Source: Octopus vulgaris
Lineage: Eukaryota
Length of the DNA: 64,000 nucleotides
Reading direction: 5' to 3'
Assembly: GCA_951406725.2 (NCBI GenBank)
Contig: OX597815.1
Coordinates: 206,150,001-206,214,000, forward strand
The notes beneath the pieces were generated by a model. The model ran no database searches. It was not told the DNA's origin and was given only the letters and a program-made list of their open reading frames with translations. Made by a program: the position numbers and the translations under genes. The number at the start of each line of letters is the position of its first letter. Within the stretch, counting starts at the first letter, position 1. This document shows, one piece after another, positions 50,950-64,000 of the stretch.

Positions 50950-52812
50950 GGCGATGATTGATTACATCAATATAAAGGAAGACGATGTAATAAAGCATAT
51001 GGGTTAACCAGCATATGGTTAACTATATATTAACCAAGCATATAACATAAGGGGCATCAGCCATCTGAATGTGGCTAGGGACAGGGCAGGGTGGTGGGGG
51101 TGTTACTGATGCATTTAGGTCGATGATCGCCTGAGGCTAAATGCATCAGTAACACCCCCACCACCCTGCCCTGTCCCTAGCCACATTCAGATGTTATAGA
51201 GCAGTTACTGTTTATATCTCTTTTAGAGATTTATTATTGCCGATGTAATAAAGGCTATTGATCAAATGAAAACAAACTCAGCTACCGGCCCTGATGGATT
51301 CCCAGCAATCCTTCTAAAAGTATGTAAGAGAGTCCTAGCAAGATCACTGCAGTTCCGCTTTCAGAGCTTCCTTGCAACTGGCAAACTTCAAGAAAACTGA
51401 AGGAAGGTAAAATATGCCCTATTCATAAAGGAGGTAGCAGAGCGGAGGCCAAGAACTACAGACCTATCTCTCTGACCTCACACATCAGCATGGTCATGGA
51501 ACGAATACTCAGAAGGAAACTGATTACCTTCCTTGAAGAAAATGACTTGCTGCCTGACATCCAACATAGTTTCTGACCAGGGAGAAGCTGCTTAACTCAG
51601 CTCCTACAACACTATGACTGGGTGTTGAAACAACTGCTCAACCACTCAAATGTGGAAGTCATATATCTCGACTTTGCAAAGGCCTTTGATAAAGTCGATC
51701 ATGGAATGATATGTCACAAACTGCGTGATCTTGGCATAGTTGGAAAATTGGGGGAATGGCTTCATGACTTTCTGAAGGATAGAAGTCAGGTGGTAGTAGC
51801 CAATGGGGCCACCTCCATTAACACGCAAATAGTGAGCGTTGTTCCGCAAGGTACTGTTCTGGGACCACTACTGTTCATAATGGCCCTCTCAGACAAGCAC
51901 TCAACCACGCAGAGAGCCACGATCACAAGTTATGCAGATGATACAAAAATTTCACAGGCAGTACAGAACCCTGAAGACACTAAGCACCTGCAATGTGAGC
52001 TGGACAAAATATACAAGTGGGCTGAAAAGAATAGCATGCAGTTCAATGCTGAAAAGTTTCAAGCTTTATACTATCAGCATGCAAAACTAAATGCAATACC
52101 CAATAAATACACTGGACCTGGAGGGATTGCAATCCCAGAGGCACAATCAGTGCGAGACCTGGGTATTTACATGAATGATGATGCAACCTTTCATGTGCAT
52201 GTTGCTAAATTGGCAATGAAATGTAGGCGGCTGACCGGATGGATTCTTAGAACCTTTAGAACAAGAGACCAGGAAACCATGATGGTCCTCTGGAGGACAC
52301 TTGTCCTAAGCCACTTTGACTATTGCTCTCAGCTATGGTCACCATCCAGTGTCAAGTTAATCACAGAACTTGAGGCGATCCAACGAAGCCACACGAAGAA
52401 GATAGCCTCTGTGCAGCATATAAGCCACTGGGAAAGACTCAAGAGATTAAGACTCTATTTCTTATAGCGTATGCGAGAAAGATATGCCATAATATACATC
52501 TGGAAGATCCTAGAAGGACTTGTCCCAAACTTTGTCATCGAGAGTTACACAAATTCCAGAACTGGGCGCCACTGCATAGTGCCAAGGACTCCAAATTTGC
52601 CATCAAGATGTAGGACAAGATACTGTGATAGCCTGGGCTTCCGAGGCTTACAGCTCTTCAATATCCTCCCGAAGAACCTAAGAGACCTGCATGGGGTGGA
52701 TGCAAATGTCTTTAAAATGAAACTGGATCTCTTCTCGTCAGGTGTCCCAGATGAACCAACTTCACGGCAGGAGGTGCAGATGAGGGCAGCTGCATCGAAC
52801 TCTCTTATGCAA
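50950..52812 (+). mobile_element. CR1-group LINE fragment (same family as 214-2133), degraded
   Basis: ORFs 51622-52467 and 52471-52989 closely match copy 1; stops and frameshifts; 3' tail missing. Confidence 0.9.
50996..51240. other. 245-bp insertion with 13-bp target duplication and a 57-bp-arm hairpin
   Basis: CGATGTAATAAAG at 50983-50995 and 51241-51253; 51062-51118 is the reverse complement of 51137-51193. Confidence 0.85.
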
Positions 52813-53278
52813 TGTAACCAATTATGGGAGGCTTATCTGGTATTCCTTGAAGGAATCTATCCAGACTGTTTAATATTGATGGGATCCTTTTCCTCTTTGA
52901 TCTCTTTCGGGACAATGTTAAATAGGGCAGGGCCTGTTGAGGAAAAGAAATTATGTTGCAGTGTACATGTATGCTGTAATCTTGAATAGGGCAGTGGGCG
53001 TATGGCCCGTGGTCCCAGTCTTGGATGAACCCTGAAGCTAGTGTTCAGGTTATTTGGGAAAAGTTGGCGGTATATTCTCCACATCGTACAAATGATGTAC
53101 CGCTCACGGTTACGCTGGAGAGAGTAGAGTTTCAAGGCTTTAAGGCGATCCCAATAATCGAGAGCAGCCATGCCTTCAATTCGTTTAGTGAGTGCCCTCT
53201 GGGGTGATTCAATCCTTGAGATGTTTTGTCTTGTATGGGGAGACCACAGTGGGCAGCAGTATTCGAGGTGTGGCCGTA
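52813..53278 (-). mobile_element. Fragment of a third CR1-group family, opposite strand
   Basis: RPHLEYCCPLWSP..YWDRLKALKLYSLQRNRERY..GPALFNIVP. Confidence 0.8.
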
Positions 53279-53303
53279 CTTATATATTTATATATAAATA
53301 CAC

Positions 53304-53342
<39 letters not shown>

Positions 53343-53366
53343 TGCATATATACATATATACTTATA

Positions 53367-53400
<34 letters not shown>

Positions 53401-56400
53401 GTTTAACGTCCGTTCTCCATGCTAGCATGGGTTGGACGGTTCGACCGGGGTTCTGGGAAGCCAGAAGGCTGCACCAGGCTCCAGTCTAATCTGGCAATGT
53501 TTCTACAGCTGGATGCCCTTCCTAACGCCAACCACTCCGTGAGTGTAGTGGGTGCTTTTTACGTGCCACCTGCACAGGTGCCAGGCGGGGCTGGCAACGG
53601 CCACGGTCAGATTGGTGTATTTTATGTGCCACCGGCACGGAAGCCAGTCGAGGCGGTGCTGGCATCGGCCACGAGTCGGATAGTGCTTTTTACGTACCAC
53701 CAGACCAGGGATCCTGGCTGGTTCAATTCGATTTCGATTTCGCTTGCCCCAACATGTCTTCACAAGCAAAGGGGTTGGCATGGGTGCCTGTCGTACGGTC
53801 GCATTGGAGTATTTTACGTGCCACGGCCACGAGTCGGATAGTGCTTTTTACGTATACCAGGCCAGGGATCCTGGCTGGTTCAATTCGGTTTCGCTTGCCC
53901 CAACATGTCTTCGCAAGCATGGGGGGTTGGCATGGGTGTCTGTCGTCGGATGAGGTTCTATATCGACTTCGCTTGCCTCAACCGGTCTTTGTGTCCAAGG
54001 GAGGAAAGGCATTCATAAGTGGGCTGGGCTCACTTGTCCTGCCTGGTCTTCTCACGTACAGAATATTTCCAAAGGTCTCGGTCTCTGGTCATTTCCTCAG
54101 TGAGGCCTAAAGTTCGAAGGTCGTGCTTCACCACCTCGTCCCAGGTTTTCCTGGGTCTACCTCTTCCACGGGTTCCCTCAACTGCTAGGGATTGGCACTT
54201 TCTCACACACCTATCTTCATCCATTCTCGCCACATGACCATACCAGCGCAATCGTCTCTCTTGCACACCACAACTGATGCTTCTTAGGTACAACATTTCT
54301 CTCAAGGTGCTAACGCTCTGTCGAGTATGTACACTGACATTACACATCCATCGGAGCATACTGGCTTCATTCCTCACGAGCTTACGCATGTCCTCAGCAG
54401 TCACGGCCCATGTTTCGCTGCCATGTAGCATGGCTGTTCGTACACACGCATCATACAGTCTGCCTTTTACTCTGAGCGAGAGGCCTTTAGTCACCAGCAG
54501 AGGTAAGAGCTCCCTAAACTTTGCCCAGGCTATTCTTATTCTAGCAGTTACACTTTCAGCGCACCCACCCCCACTACTGACTTGGTCACCTAGATAACGG
54601 AAGCTATCAACTACTTCTAGTTTTTCCCCCTGGAAAGTGACGGAAGTTGTTTTCTGCAGATTTTCGGAGGTTAATGCTCCCGAGCATCTGCCACATACAA
54701 AAACTATCTTCCCAGTTAGCCTACCTTTGACATTGCTGCACCTCTTATGTGTCCATAGCTTACACTGGGTACATCTTATAGAGTTTCTACCTACACCTTT
54801 TTTACAGATCGAGCAGGGCCATCTTCCTGAAGATATTTGTGGATTGTCTACCTTCCTACTTATTAGTACTTTGGTTTTAGCTAGGTTGACTCTAAGGCCC
54901 CTTGATTCTAATCCTTGTTTCCACACCTGGAACTTCTCCAGTTCTGATAGTGACTCAGCAATAAGAGCAAGGTCGTCAGCGTAGAGGAGCTCCCAGGGAC
55001 AGCCTGTCTTGAATTCCTCCGTAATTGCCTGGAGTACTATGATAAATAGGAGGGGGCTGAGTACTGAACCCTAGTGGACCCCAACCTCTACTTTGAATTC
55101 TTCTGTGTACATGTTACAAACCCTAACCTTACTTACGGCATCTCTGTACATGGCTTGCACAGTCCTCACCAGCCATTCATCTATCCCTAGTTTCCTCATT
55201 GACCACCAGATAAGGGATCGGGGGACCCTATCAAAAGCTTTCTCCATGTCAACGAAAGCCAGGTACAGGGGCTTATCTTTGGCTAGGTATTTCTCCTGCA
55301 GCTGCCTTACCAGGAATATAGCATCAGTGGTACTTTTCCCTGGCACGAACCCAAACTGCATCTCATCTAAACTAACTCTCTCTCTAATTAGTTGGGCTAT
55401 GACCCTCTCCGTAACCTTCATTACTTGATCCAACAGCTTGATACCTCTGTAATTATTTGTATCTAGGGCATCACCTTTACCTTTGTAGCAGTTGACTAGT
55501 ATGCTGCTGCACCAGTCATTGGGTATGACTCCTTCGTGTATCACCTGGTTGACTATACGGGTGACTAGGTTATAGCCGACACTGCCAGATATTTTGAGCA
55601 TCTCTGCAGTAATTCCTGATGGGCCTGGGGCTTTCCCTGTCTTCATGCTTCTAATTGCCTTAGCTACCACGGAACTATCAACTCGGATAGCTGGTCCCTC
55701 TGTAGGGTCAACATTCGGCAGACTCTCTTTATCCCATTCATTTTCCTCATTCAGTAACCTTTCATAGTGGCGTCTCCAAGCTTCTCTCTTTGCATCCTCA
55801 TTTAGCGCAAGTGAACCATCCTCCATGCGAACACATTTCTCTCCTACCACATCACGATTCTCTCTCACACACTGTCTTGCAACACGAAATACCTCAAGTC
55901 TTTCATCCTCACGGCACAGCACATTGGCAAATTTTCTCTTATCTGCTTCCCCTCTGGCTAGATAGACCTGTCTCCTAGCTTCCCTTCTGGCAGTCTGATA
56001 CCCTTCCCTGCTACCACCGTTCTTCCAGGCCTTCCAAGCCTGTTTCTTTTGTCTAATAGCCCTGTCAACAATATTGTTCCACCACCACGTTATTTTGGGT
56101 CTTAAGGGGACTTTGCACCAGCCACAGATCTGGTCAGCGGCTTTCAGCAGGTTGTCCCTCAGAAACGTCCAGTTGTCTTCTACCCCATGTGTAGCTATAC
56201 CCCTTTCCACTTCGTCAAAGGCTTCAAGTAACATATCTCTAAATCTCTGTCCATTCGCAGGGTCTTTAAGCTTCCAGACCCTTCTTCTCCATGTTGGTCG
56301 TCTTCTAGTCGCCCTCTTAGTCCTGATCCTAAAGTCACTAACTACCAGTCTATGTTGTGGGGTGCATTCTTCGCCTGGGAAGGTTTTGGCATTTATAAGC

Positions 56401-57300
56401 AGCCATCTTTCCCTTTTTCTGGCAAGGATGTAGTCGATTTGGCTAGTATGCCGGCCCGATCGGTAGGTGACCAGGTGGCTTGTTGGTTTCCTGAAGTTAG
56501 TGTTGCAGACCATAAGACTATTCGCATCGCAGAACTCCAACAGCCTGGTTCCCTCCTCGTTGCGGGAACCATAACCGTAGCCTCCATGTACGCCATGGAA
56601 GCCCCCAGCATGTCGTCCAACATGCCCATTGAAATCCCCAGCCACAAAGAGAAGGTCCCTGTCGTTCGTCAATGAGGTGGTCTGCAGTAGGGTGTCATAG
56701 AAACTGTCTTTCTGTCCATCGGGTAGCCCTGGCTGAGGGGCATAGGCCGATATAATGGTTGCTAATCTATTATGAAGCACTATTCTAATCTTAAGTATTC
56801 TGTCACTTACTCTGATTACCTCAATTACTCTATCTATCCATTTCTCAGCGATAAGTATACCCACGCCACCAACCCCGTCAGTGTTCCCTGCCCAGAAAAT
56901 CTTGTACCTGTGTTCATTGCCTGTGAGGACCCTAGCAGATCCTCCTCTCCACCTTATTTCTTGCATACAACATACATCAACACGTCTCCGTTCAAGCATC
57001 TCGACTATCTCGCCAGACCTACCTTTCAATGTGCCAACGTTGAGGGTGCCCACCCTGAGGGTGTGGGAGGTGTGGGCCTCTGAGACCCTGGGATGAGGGA
57101 CAGCAGTGTTATGTACCTGAAAAGAAAGCTTGCATTTGCCAGATATCATACTGAGACTCTAGACTACAACCTGCATAAATTTCACAGTTTTTGCGCTATA
57201 TGATCACAATAAACCCTACATAGGGGTGCGGGGGGCTCAAGAAAGATAGAAAACAGAAACTTCCGGTTCTCGTGGATGGGTGGGAGGGCGGGGTCACCTC
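53367..57300 (-). mobile_element. Near-intact RTE-clade LINE (APE + RT + PHD-like finger) with (GAT)n tail
   Basis: TLNVGTL, MQEIRW, GDFNGHVG, QIDYIL (APE); NYRGIKLL, FVDMEKAFD, YADD, YLG, RGRGRPRKTW. ORFs 55071-57149 and 54030-54926 are in one frame, split by a single TAG. Confidence 0.93.
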
Positions 57301-60300
57301 GAAGGAACAACAGGTTTTAAGTTAATACGTAGGGAATTTTCTGCAGAAACTTCAGGGTTCGAGTAAAACGTAATATAAATAGGAGAGAGAGAGAATATTG
57401 TAGTGAATTCTGGGAATGGAATAATAACGGGATGACACTGAAATTAAAGGAGGAATTTAAAATGCATGACAGACAGGAAGCCATGCATACAAGATGGCGA
57501 AATAAATAATAGAGAAACGGGATTTAGAGTTACGAATCAACGCTTAAAAAAAATGAATATGAATGACAGGTTGTAAGTTAAATTCGCTTAGCTGGTCATT
57601 TTTCGAGTCAGTGTTTTGTCAGCAAGATGTAGAATCGAGAAGAGGGACGAGATAAATCGAACACTGCTTTATAAAGAGTTAGGGATTGAGGGGCAGCATG
57701 AGGAAAGAGAGAGGGGGGAAGAAAGAGAGAGAGAGCTAAGGAACAACAGGTTTAATTCGTAAGGAATTTTCTGCAACAGAAATTACTGAACATCTAGAAA
57801 CTTCGGGGTTCGAGAGGAATGTAATATAAATAAGAGAGAGAAAATATTTCGTAGGGAATTTAGGGTATCTTTGGGGAAAGGAATAACGACGAAGGAACAA
57901 CAGGTTTTAAGTTAATACGTAGGGAATTTTCTGCAACAGAAATTACTGAACATCTAGAAACTTCGGGGTTCGAGAAGAATGTAATATAAATAAGAGAGAG
58001 AGAGAAAATATTTTTGTAGGGAATTTAGGGTATCTTTGGGGAAAGGAATAACGACGAAGGAACAACAGGTTTTAAGTTAATACGTAGGGAATTTTCTGCA
58101 ACAGAAATTACTGAACATCTAGGAACTTCGGGGTTCGAGAAGAATGTAATATAAATAGAGAGAGAGAAAAATATTTCGTAGGGAATTTAGGGTATCTTTG
58201 GGGAAAGGAATAACGACGAAGGAACAACAGGTTTTAAGTTAATACGTAGGGAATTTTCTGCAACAGAAATTACTGAACATCTAGGAACTTCGGGGTTCGA
58301 GAAGAAGTAATATAAATAAGAGAGAGAAAATATTTCGTAGGGAATTTAGGGTATCTTTGGGGAAAGGAATAACGACGAAGGAACAACAGGTTTTAAGTTA
58401 ATACGTAGGGAATTTTCTGCAACAGAAATTACTGAACATCTAGGAACTTCGGGGTTCGAGAAGAACGTAATATAAATAAGAGAGAGAGAAAATATTTCGT
58501 AGGGAATTTAGGGTATCTTTGGGGAAAGGAATAACGACGAAGGAACAACAGGTTTTAAGTTAATACGTAGGGAATTTTCTGCGACAGAAATTACTGAACA
58601 TCTAGGAACTTCGGGGTTCGAGAAGAATGTAATATAAATAAGAGAGAGAGAAAATATTTCGTAGGGAATTTAGGGTATCTTTGGGGAAAGGAATAACGAC
58701 GAAGGAACAACAGGTTTTAAGTTAATACGTAGGGAATTTTCTGCGACAGAAATTACTGAACATCTAGAAACTTCTGGGTTCGAGTGAAACATAATATAAA
58801 TAGGAGAGAGAGAGAGAATATTGTAGTGAATTCTGGGAATGGAATAATAACGGGATGACACTGAAATTAAAGGAGGAATTTAAAATGCATGACAGACAGG
58901 AAGCCATGCATACAAGATGGCGAAATAAATAATAGAGAAACGGGATTTAGAGTTACGAATCAACGCTTAAAAAATGAATATGAATGACAGGTTGTAAGTT
59001 AAATTCGCTTAGCTGGTCATTTTTCGAGTCAGTGTTGTGTCAGCAAGATGTAGAATCGAGAAGAGGGACGAGATAAATCGAACACTGCTTCATAAAGAGT
59101 TAGGGATTGGGGGGATTATCAGGTGGAAGCATGAGGAAAGAGAGAGGGGGAAGGAAGAGAGAGAGAGAGCTAAGGAACAACAGGTTTAATTCGTAAGGAA
59201 TTTTCTGCAACAGAAATTACTGAACATCTAGAAACTTCGGGGTTCGAGAAGAATGTAATATAAATAAGAGAGAGAGAAAATATTTCGTAGGGAATTTAGG
59301 GTATCTTTGGGGAAAGGAATAACGACGAAGGAACAACAGGTTTTAAGTTAATACGTAGGGAATTTTCTGCGACAGAAATTACTGAACATCTAGGAACTTC
59401 GGGGTTCGAGAAGAACGTAATATAAATAAGAGAGAGAGAGAGAAAATATTTCGTAGGGAATTTAGGGTATCTTTGGGGAAAGGAATAACGACGAAGGAAC
59501 AACAGGTTTTAAGTTAATACGTAGGGAATTTTCTGCGACAGAAATTACTGAACATCTAGAAACTTCGGGGTTCGAGAAGAATGTAATATAAATAAGAGAG
59601 AGAGAAAATATTTTGTAGGGAATTTAGGGAATCTTTGGGGAAAAGAATAACAACGAAGGAACAACAGATTTTAAGTTAATACGTAGGGAATTTTCTGCAA
59701 CAGAAATTACTGAACATCTAGGAACTTCGGGGTTCGAGAAGAACGTAATATAAATAAGAGAGAGAGAAAATATTTTGTAGGGAATTTAGGGAATCTTTGG
59801 GGAAAGGACTAACAACGAAGGAACAACAGGTTTTAAGTTAATACGTAGGGAATTTTCTGCGACAGAAATTACTGAACATCTAGAAACTTCGGGGTTCGAG
59901 AAGAATGTAATATAAATAAGAGAGAGAGAAAATATTTCGTAGGGAATTTAGGGTATCTTTGGGGAAAGGAATAACGACGAAGGAACAACAGGTTTTAAGT
60001 TAATACGTAGGGAATTTTCTGCAACAGAAATTACTGAACATCTAGGAACTTCGGGGTTCGAGAAGAACGTAATATAAATAAGAGAGAGAGAGAGAAAAAT
60101 ATTTCGTAGGGAATTTAGGGTATCTTTGGGGAAAGGAATAACGACGAAGGAACAACAGGTTTTAAGTTAATACGTAGGGAATTTTCTGCGACAGAAATTA
60201 CTGAACATCTAGGAACTTCGGGGTTCGAGAAGAACGTAATATAAATAAGAGAGAGAGAGAAAATATTTCGTAGGGAATTTAGGGTATCTTTGGGGAAAGA

Positions 60301-60808
60301 AATAACGACGAAGGAACAACAGGTTTTAAGTTAATACGTAGGGAATTTTCTGCAACAGAAATTTCTGAACATCTAGGAACTTCGGGGTTCGAGAAGAACG
60401 TAATATAAATAAGAGAGAGAGAAAATATTTCGTAGGGAATTTAGGGTATCTTTGGGGAAAGGAATAACGACGAAGGAACAACAGGTTTTAAGTTAATACG
60501 TAGGGAATTTTCTGCAACAGAAATTACTGAACATCTAGGAACTTCGGGGTTCGAGAAGAACGTAATATAAATAAGAGAAAGAGAAAATATTTCGTAGGGA
60601 ATTTAGGGTATCTTTGGGGAAAGGAATAACGACGAAGGAACAACAGGTTTTAAGTTAATACGTAGGGAATTTTCTGCGACAGAAATTACTGAACATCTAG
60701 AAACTTCGGGGTTCGATTAAAACATAATATAAATAGGAGAGAGAGAGAATATTGTAGTGAATTCTGGGGATGGAATAATAACGGGATGACACTGAAATTA
60801 AAGGAGGA

Positions 60809-60810
<2 letters not shown>
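57301..60810 (-). repeat. Higher-order tandem array: ~162-bp monomers interleaved with a ~440-bp block
   Basis: GAAGGAACAACAGG at 57891, 58056, 58218, 58377, 58539, 58701 and ~59327-60634. The block recurs at ~57301, ~58701 and (partial) ~60634. Confidence 0.93.
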
Positions 60811-60889
<79 letters not shown>

Positions 60890-61189
60890 TAATCCAAACG
60901 GGAAAACAGAAAAAACAACAACACGTGGAACAATTACAGTATTATTATTATTAGGCGCTCAGGAAAATGGAAGAAGGAGGGTATGACGTTTCGAGCGGAG
61001 CTCTTCGTCGGAAACATAGGAGAAAGAAAGATCCCGAGACGGGAGGACAGAGGAAAAAAAAAAATTGCAGGTCGTCTTCACGAGGTCACATACTGAAAAG
61101 ACGGAAGTGGTAAAAAAGGAGGAAAATGTTTTTTAAAAACAGGAGAGCTGAATCAATGAGGGAATGGTAAAAAAGGTGTACGAGATGAC

Positions 61190-61520
61190 GGTGTGTGTGT
61201 GTGCGTGTGTGTGTATGTGTGTGTATGGTGGACAATGGCTAGTAGCAGGCAGTAGTAGAATTAAAGGAGTGGTGGGGGGGTACCCTAGCAAGTCAGAAAG
61301 GCAGATCAGAAACAGGGACGTATGTGTGTGTGCGTGTGTATGTATGTGTGAGTGTGTGCGTGTGTGTATGTGTGTGTATGGTGGACAATGGCTAGTAGCA
61401 GGCAGTAGTAGAATTAAAGGAGTGGTGTGGGGTACCCTAGCAAGTCAGAAAGGCAGATCAGAAACAGGGAGGTATGTGTGTGTGCGTGTGTATGTATGTG
61501 TGAGTGTGTGCGTGTGCGTG
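61190..61520. repeat. Two ~154-bp tandem copies with (TG)n
   Basis: GTGGACAATGGCTAGTAGCAGGCAG block at ~61227 and 61381. Confidence 0.85.
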
Positions 61521-61611
61521 TGTGTATGTGTGTGTGAGGCGTGATAAAAAACAGAAAATATGTATATGTTAGTGCGTGCGGGGTGGGAAAGGGTGGAGGC
61601 GTATGTAACGT

Positions 61612-61812
61612 GCATATATATATATACATATATATTCATACATATATATACATATGTATATGTATATACATATATACATATATATTCATACATATATATA
61701 CATATGTATATGTATATACATATATACACATATATATATATGTATACATACATATATGCATATATATATATATATATATGCATACAGATATATGCATATA
61801 TACACCTATATA

Positions 61813-61852
<40 letters not shown>

Positions 61853-61885
61853 TTTAGAAATATATATATTAACATATATATATAC
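61612..61885. repeat. (TA/TACA)n microsatellite
   Basis: Seen directly. Confidence 0.9.
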
Positions 61886-61889
61886 ATCA

Positions 61890-63872
61890 AAATAAACAAC
61901 AAGATATCAAGAGGTGATGGAGTACAGCCGTTTCAAGCAACTCCATTTAATTGAACAACACAATCATTACATGAATTTAAATACAGGGCTATCTTCAGCT
62001 GCAAAAATAAATAGAATTTATTTAATCAGTCAGACTTATTTGTATAATTTTACTTAAATCCGCGAAGAAGGCAACAAGACAGTCAAAGTCCATGCTTCTA
62101 AGATATTAGGAAAAAAATTGTTAGGGTCATAGTTTTTCACTGATTTTTGTTCAGTTTTAATTTAATATTTTATATACCAAATTTTCAACAATAGAGAGAG
62201 AAAAAATTACATAGAATTAGTTTAATATCCTGTCATATACTCAATCAGTTATTTATTAGGTGGTATCTATAAAGTCTGAACACTGGCATTTACTAAAGAA
62301 ATGCTGGGCTGATATAACATGCTAACTGTATATTAATTATAATCTGAGAGGTATATTATAAGTTGTGAATTTACTGGTGCTATTATATACAAGCTAATAT
62401 AAATTTCTAGGGGTACACAATTAGAAGGCTTACTTACATAAAGGCTATTATAAAAAATTAATAATATGATCACTAGGGTAGAACACCATAGAAAGGAATA
62501 AATAGTTTAATCACTAAAACCATGAGGAAGTATATATATCATATTATCATCAATCGAAAGAGAAAATTATATAGAATTTAAAAAAAAATTCTATAATTTT
62601 ACTTAATGATTTATTAATTAGGTGGTATCTATAAAGACTGATCACTGGTATTTACTAAAGAAATATTGGGGCGATAGAACATGCTAACTGCATATTAATT
62701 ATTAGTTATAAAGTTTCCTGTGTTAATACATACATGATAATATAGTTTTCTAGGGGTACATAATTAGGAGGACTTACATAAAGGCCTTTATAAAAATAAT
62801 ATGATCAGAAGGGTGGAACACTACAGGAAGGAATACATAGTTTAATTACTAAAACCATGATGAAGTTAGACTAACTAGGTAGGGAATATTCATAGGATAG
62901 TATAATAACTCCATGTAGCACTCTAACTTACAATACTATATAACTTATATCATACACAGTGTACTTTAATTCATCATGTAATTGAATATCACATGATTAA
63001 TTTTATATATATAATACTAGAGGGTAAATATTATTAGATACAACACTGAAAAAATCAAAAGTTAGTTTCCCTCAATTCAGCCCAAGCATAACACTTATAA
63101 AATGCTAATTTCGAAAATATTTCTAAGTACAGGTGACACTATGTACACATGATACCCTTAGGTCTAATCTATTGTGAATCAGGTTGCTCATGTCCTTATG
63201 CTTATAAATCTCATATGTTTCCATAGAGCACAGCTCGCAACCGTATCTAAAATTTCTATAAGGCTGTGCTTTCCTCATTATTTCCCTCTTAAGGCTAAGC
63301 TCAATCCCGCTTTCCTTCAGTTCCCAAAACTTACTAGATAATGACGTACAGTTAGCCTTATGCTTACGTCTAAAAGAAAAAAATGATTATAAATCCTTTT
63401 TTTTTTCATATTAATCAAACATCCTATATATATAAAGTTACCAGTTATAGTTATGATTGTACATTTATAAATTACGTTCTGGGTAAGACATCGTCCTAAT
63501 AACGGACAGTGGGACCTAACTCTACAATTGCAACTAGAAGAATTACTACTATTAATATTAGTATTATTGATATTCATATTGTTGTTATTATTATTTATAT
63601 TCTCATTATTATTATTAATCATACAACTACTATCGAGTGTGTTTATTCATGTCTGTGTCCATTATCTATCCCGCTTTCAACTGTAGTATCATTCAAATCT
63701 GCTTCAACATCAACAGGCATATCAATAATTTCTATGCTAGTATAGGCACCAGAGCTACTGTCTATATTGTGTATATTAGAAGTATTAACGCCACCATTTC
63801 TAATTTCCAAATCACCATTAATGTTACTATTCTCATTGTGGGTGTTTATGTTATTGTTGACAGTACTATTAC

Positions 63873-63959
<87 letters not shown>

Positions 63960-64000
63960 CACCTCTTGCTAATTTTATATTCTTATTTAATCTAGCTATG
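61890..64000 (-). mobile_element. 3' part of a second Naiad-type Penelope-like element (Asn-rich linker, Cys knuckle, GIY-YIG, long 3'UTR)
   Basis: CNCRVRSHCPLLGRCLTQNVIYKC..YIG..; after a frameshift TSLSSKFWELKE..CELC..CVH, stop at 63123-63125. A ~362-bp duplication lies in the UTR (~62193/~62557). Confidence 0.82.
61918..62003 (-). ncRNA. Type I hammerhead ribozyme motif (long stem II) in the Penelope 3' region
   Basis: Minus strand: UGCAG-CUGAAGA-UAGC...GCUU-GAAAC-GGCU-GUA^CUCCA. Core complete; one mismatch in stem I and one at the base of stem II. Confidence 0.65.

Noticed and set aside
55071-55073. RTE internal TAG as an A-to-I editing site
   Set aside because: The conserved residue is Gln (CAG); editing would give Trp, so a C>T nonsense mutation is simpler.
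57108-57300. Possible intron in the RTE 5' region (minus TTTCTTTTCAG|G acceptor, GAG|GTGACC donor)
   Set aside because: Weak donor, no transcript evidence, and LINEs rarely retain introns.

Overview
Repeat-dense animal genomic DNA. The SINE/LINE content points to an octopus (coleoid cephalopod); this is inferred, not database-checked. There is one host-type gene, an intronless secreted chitin-deacetylase-like CDS (7021-7983, minus), next to a 100-N gap. Beyond the gap lies a ~24-kb macrosatellite of 11 near-identical ~2.18-kb units plus 2 diverged units, each apparently a composite non-autonomous Helitron. The rest is nested TEs: CR1-group LINEs, two Penelope-like (Naiad-type) elements, a near-intact RTE LINE with a tandem-repeat 5' region, a Merlin/IS1595-like remnant, SINEs and microsatellites. 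The most striking object is a young LTR retrotransposon (40601-44679) inserted into a Penelope ORF. It has no 3'-CCA primer-binding site; instead the 12 nt after its 5' LTR are complementary to nt 1-12 of tRNA-Phe(GAA). It also has a DIRS-like RNase H and a canonical -1 frameshift signal with a pseudoknot. A second highlight is a UAG sitting on the conserved Trp of the deacetylase C-terminus, a candidate for A-to-I stop recoding.
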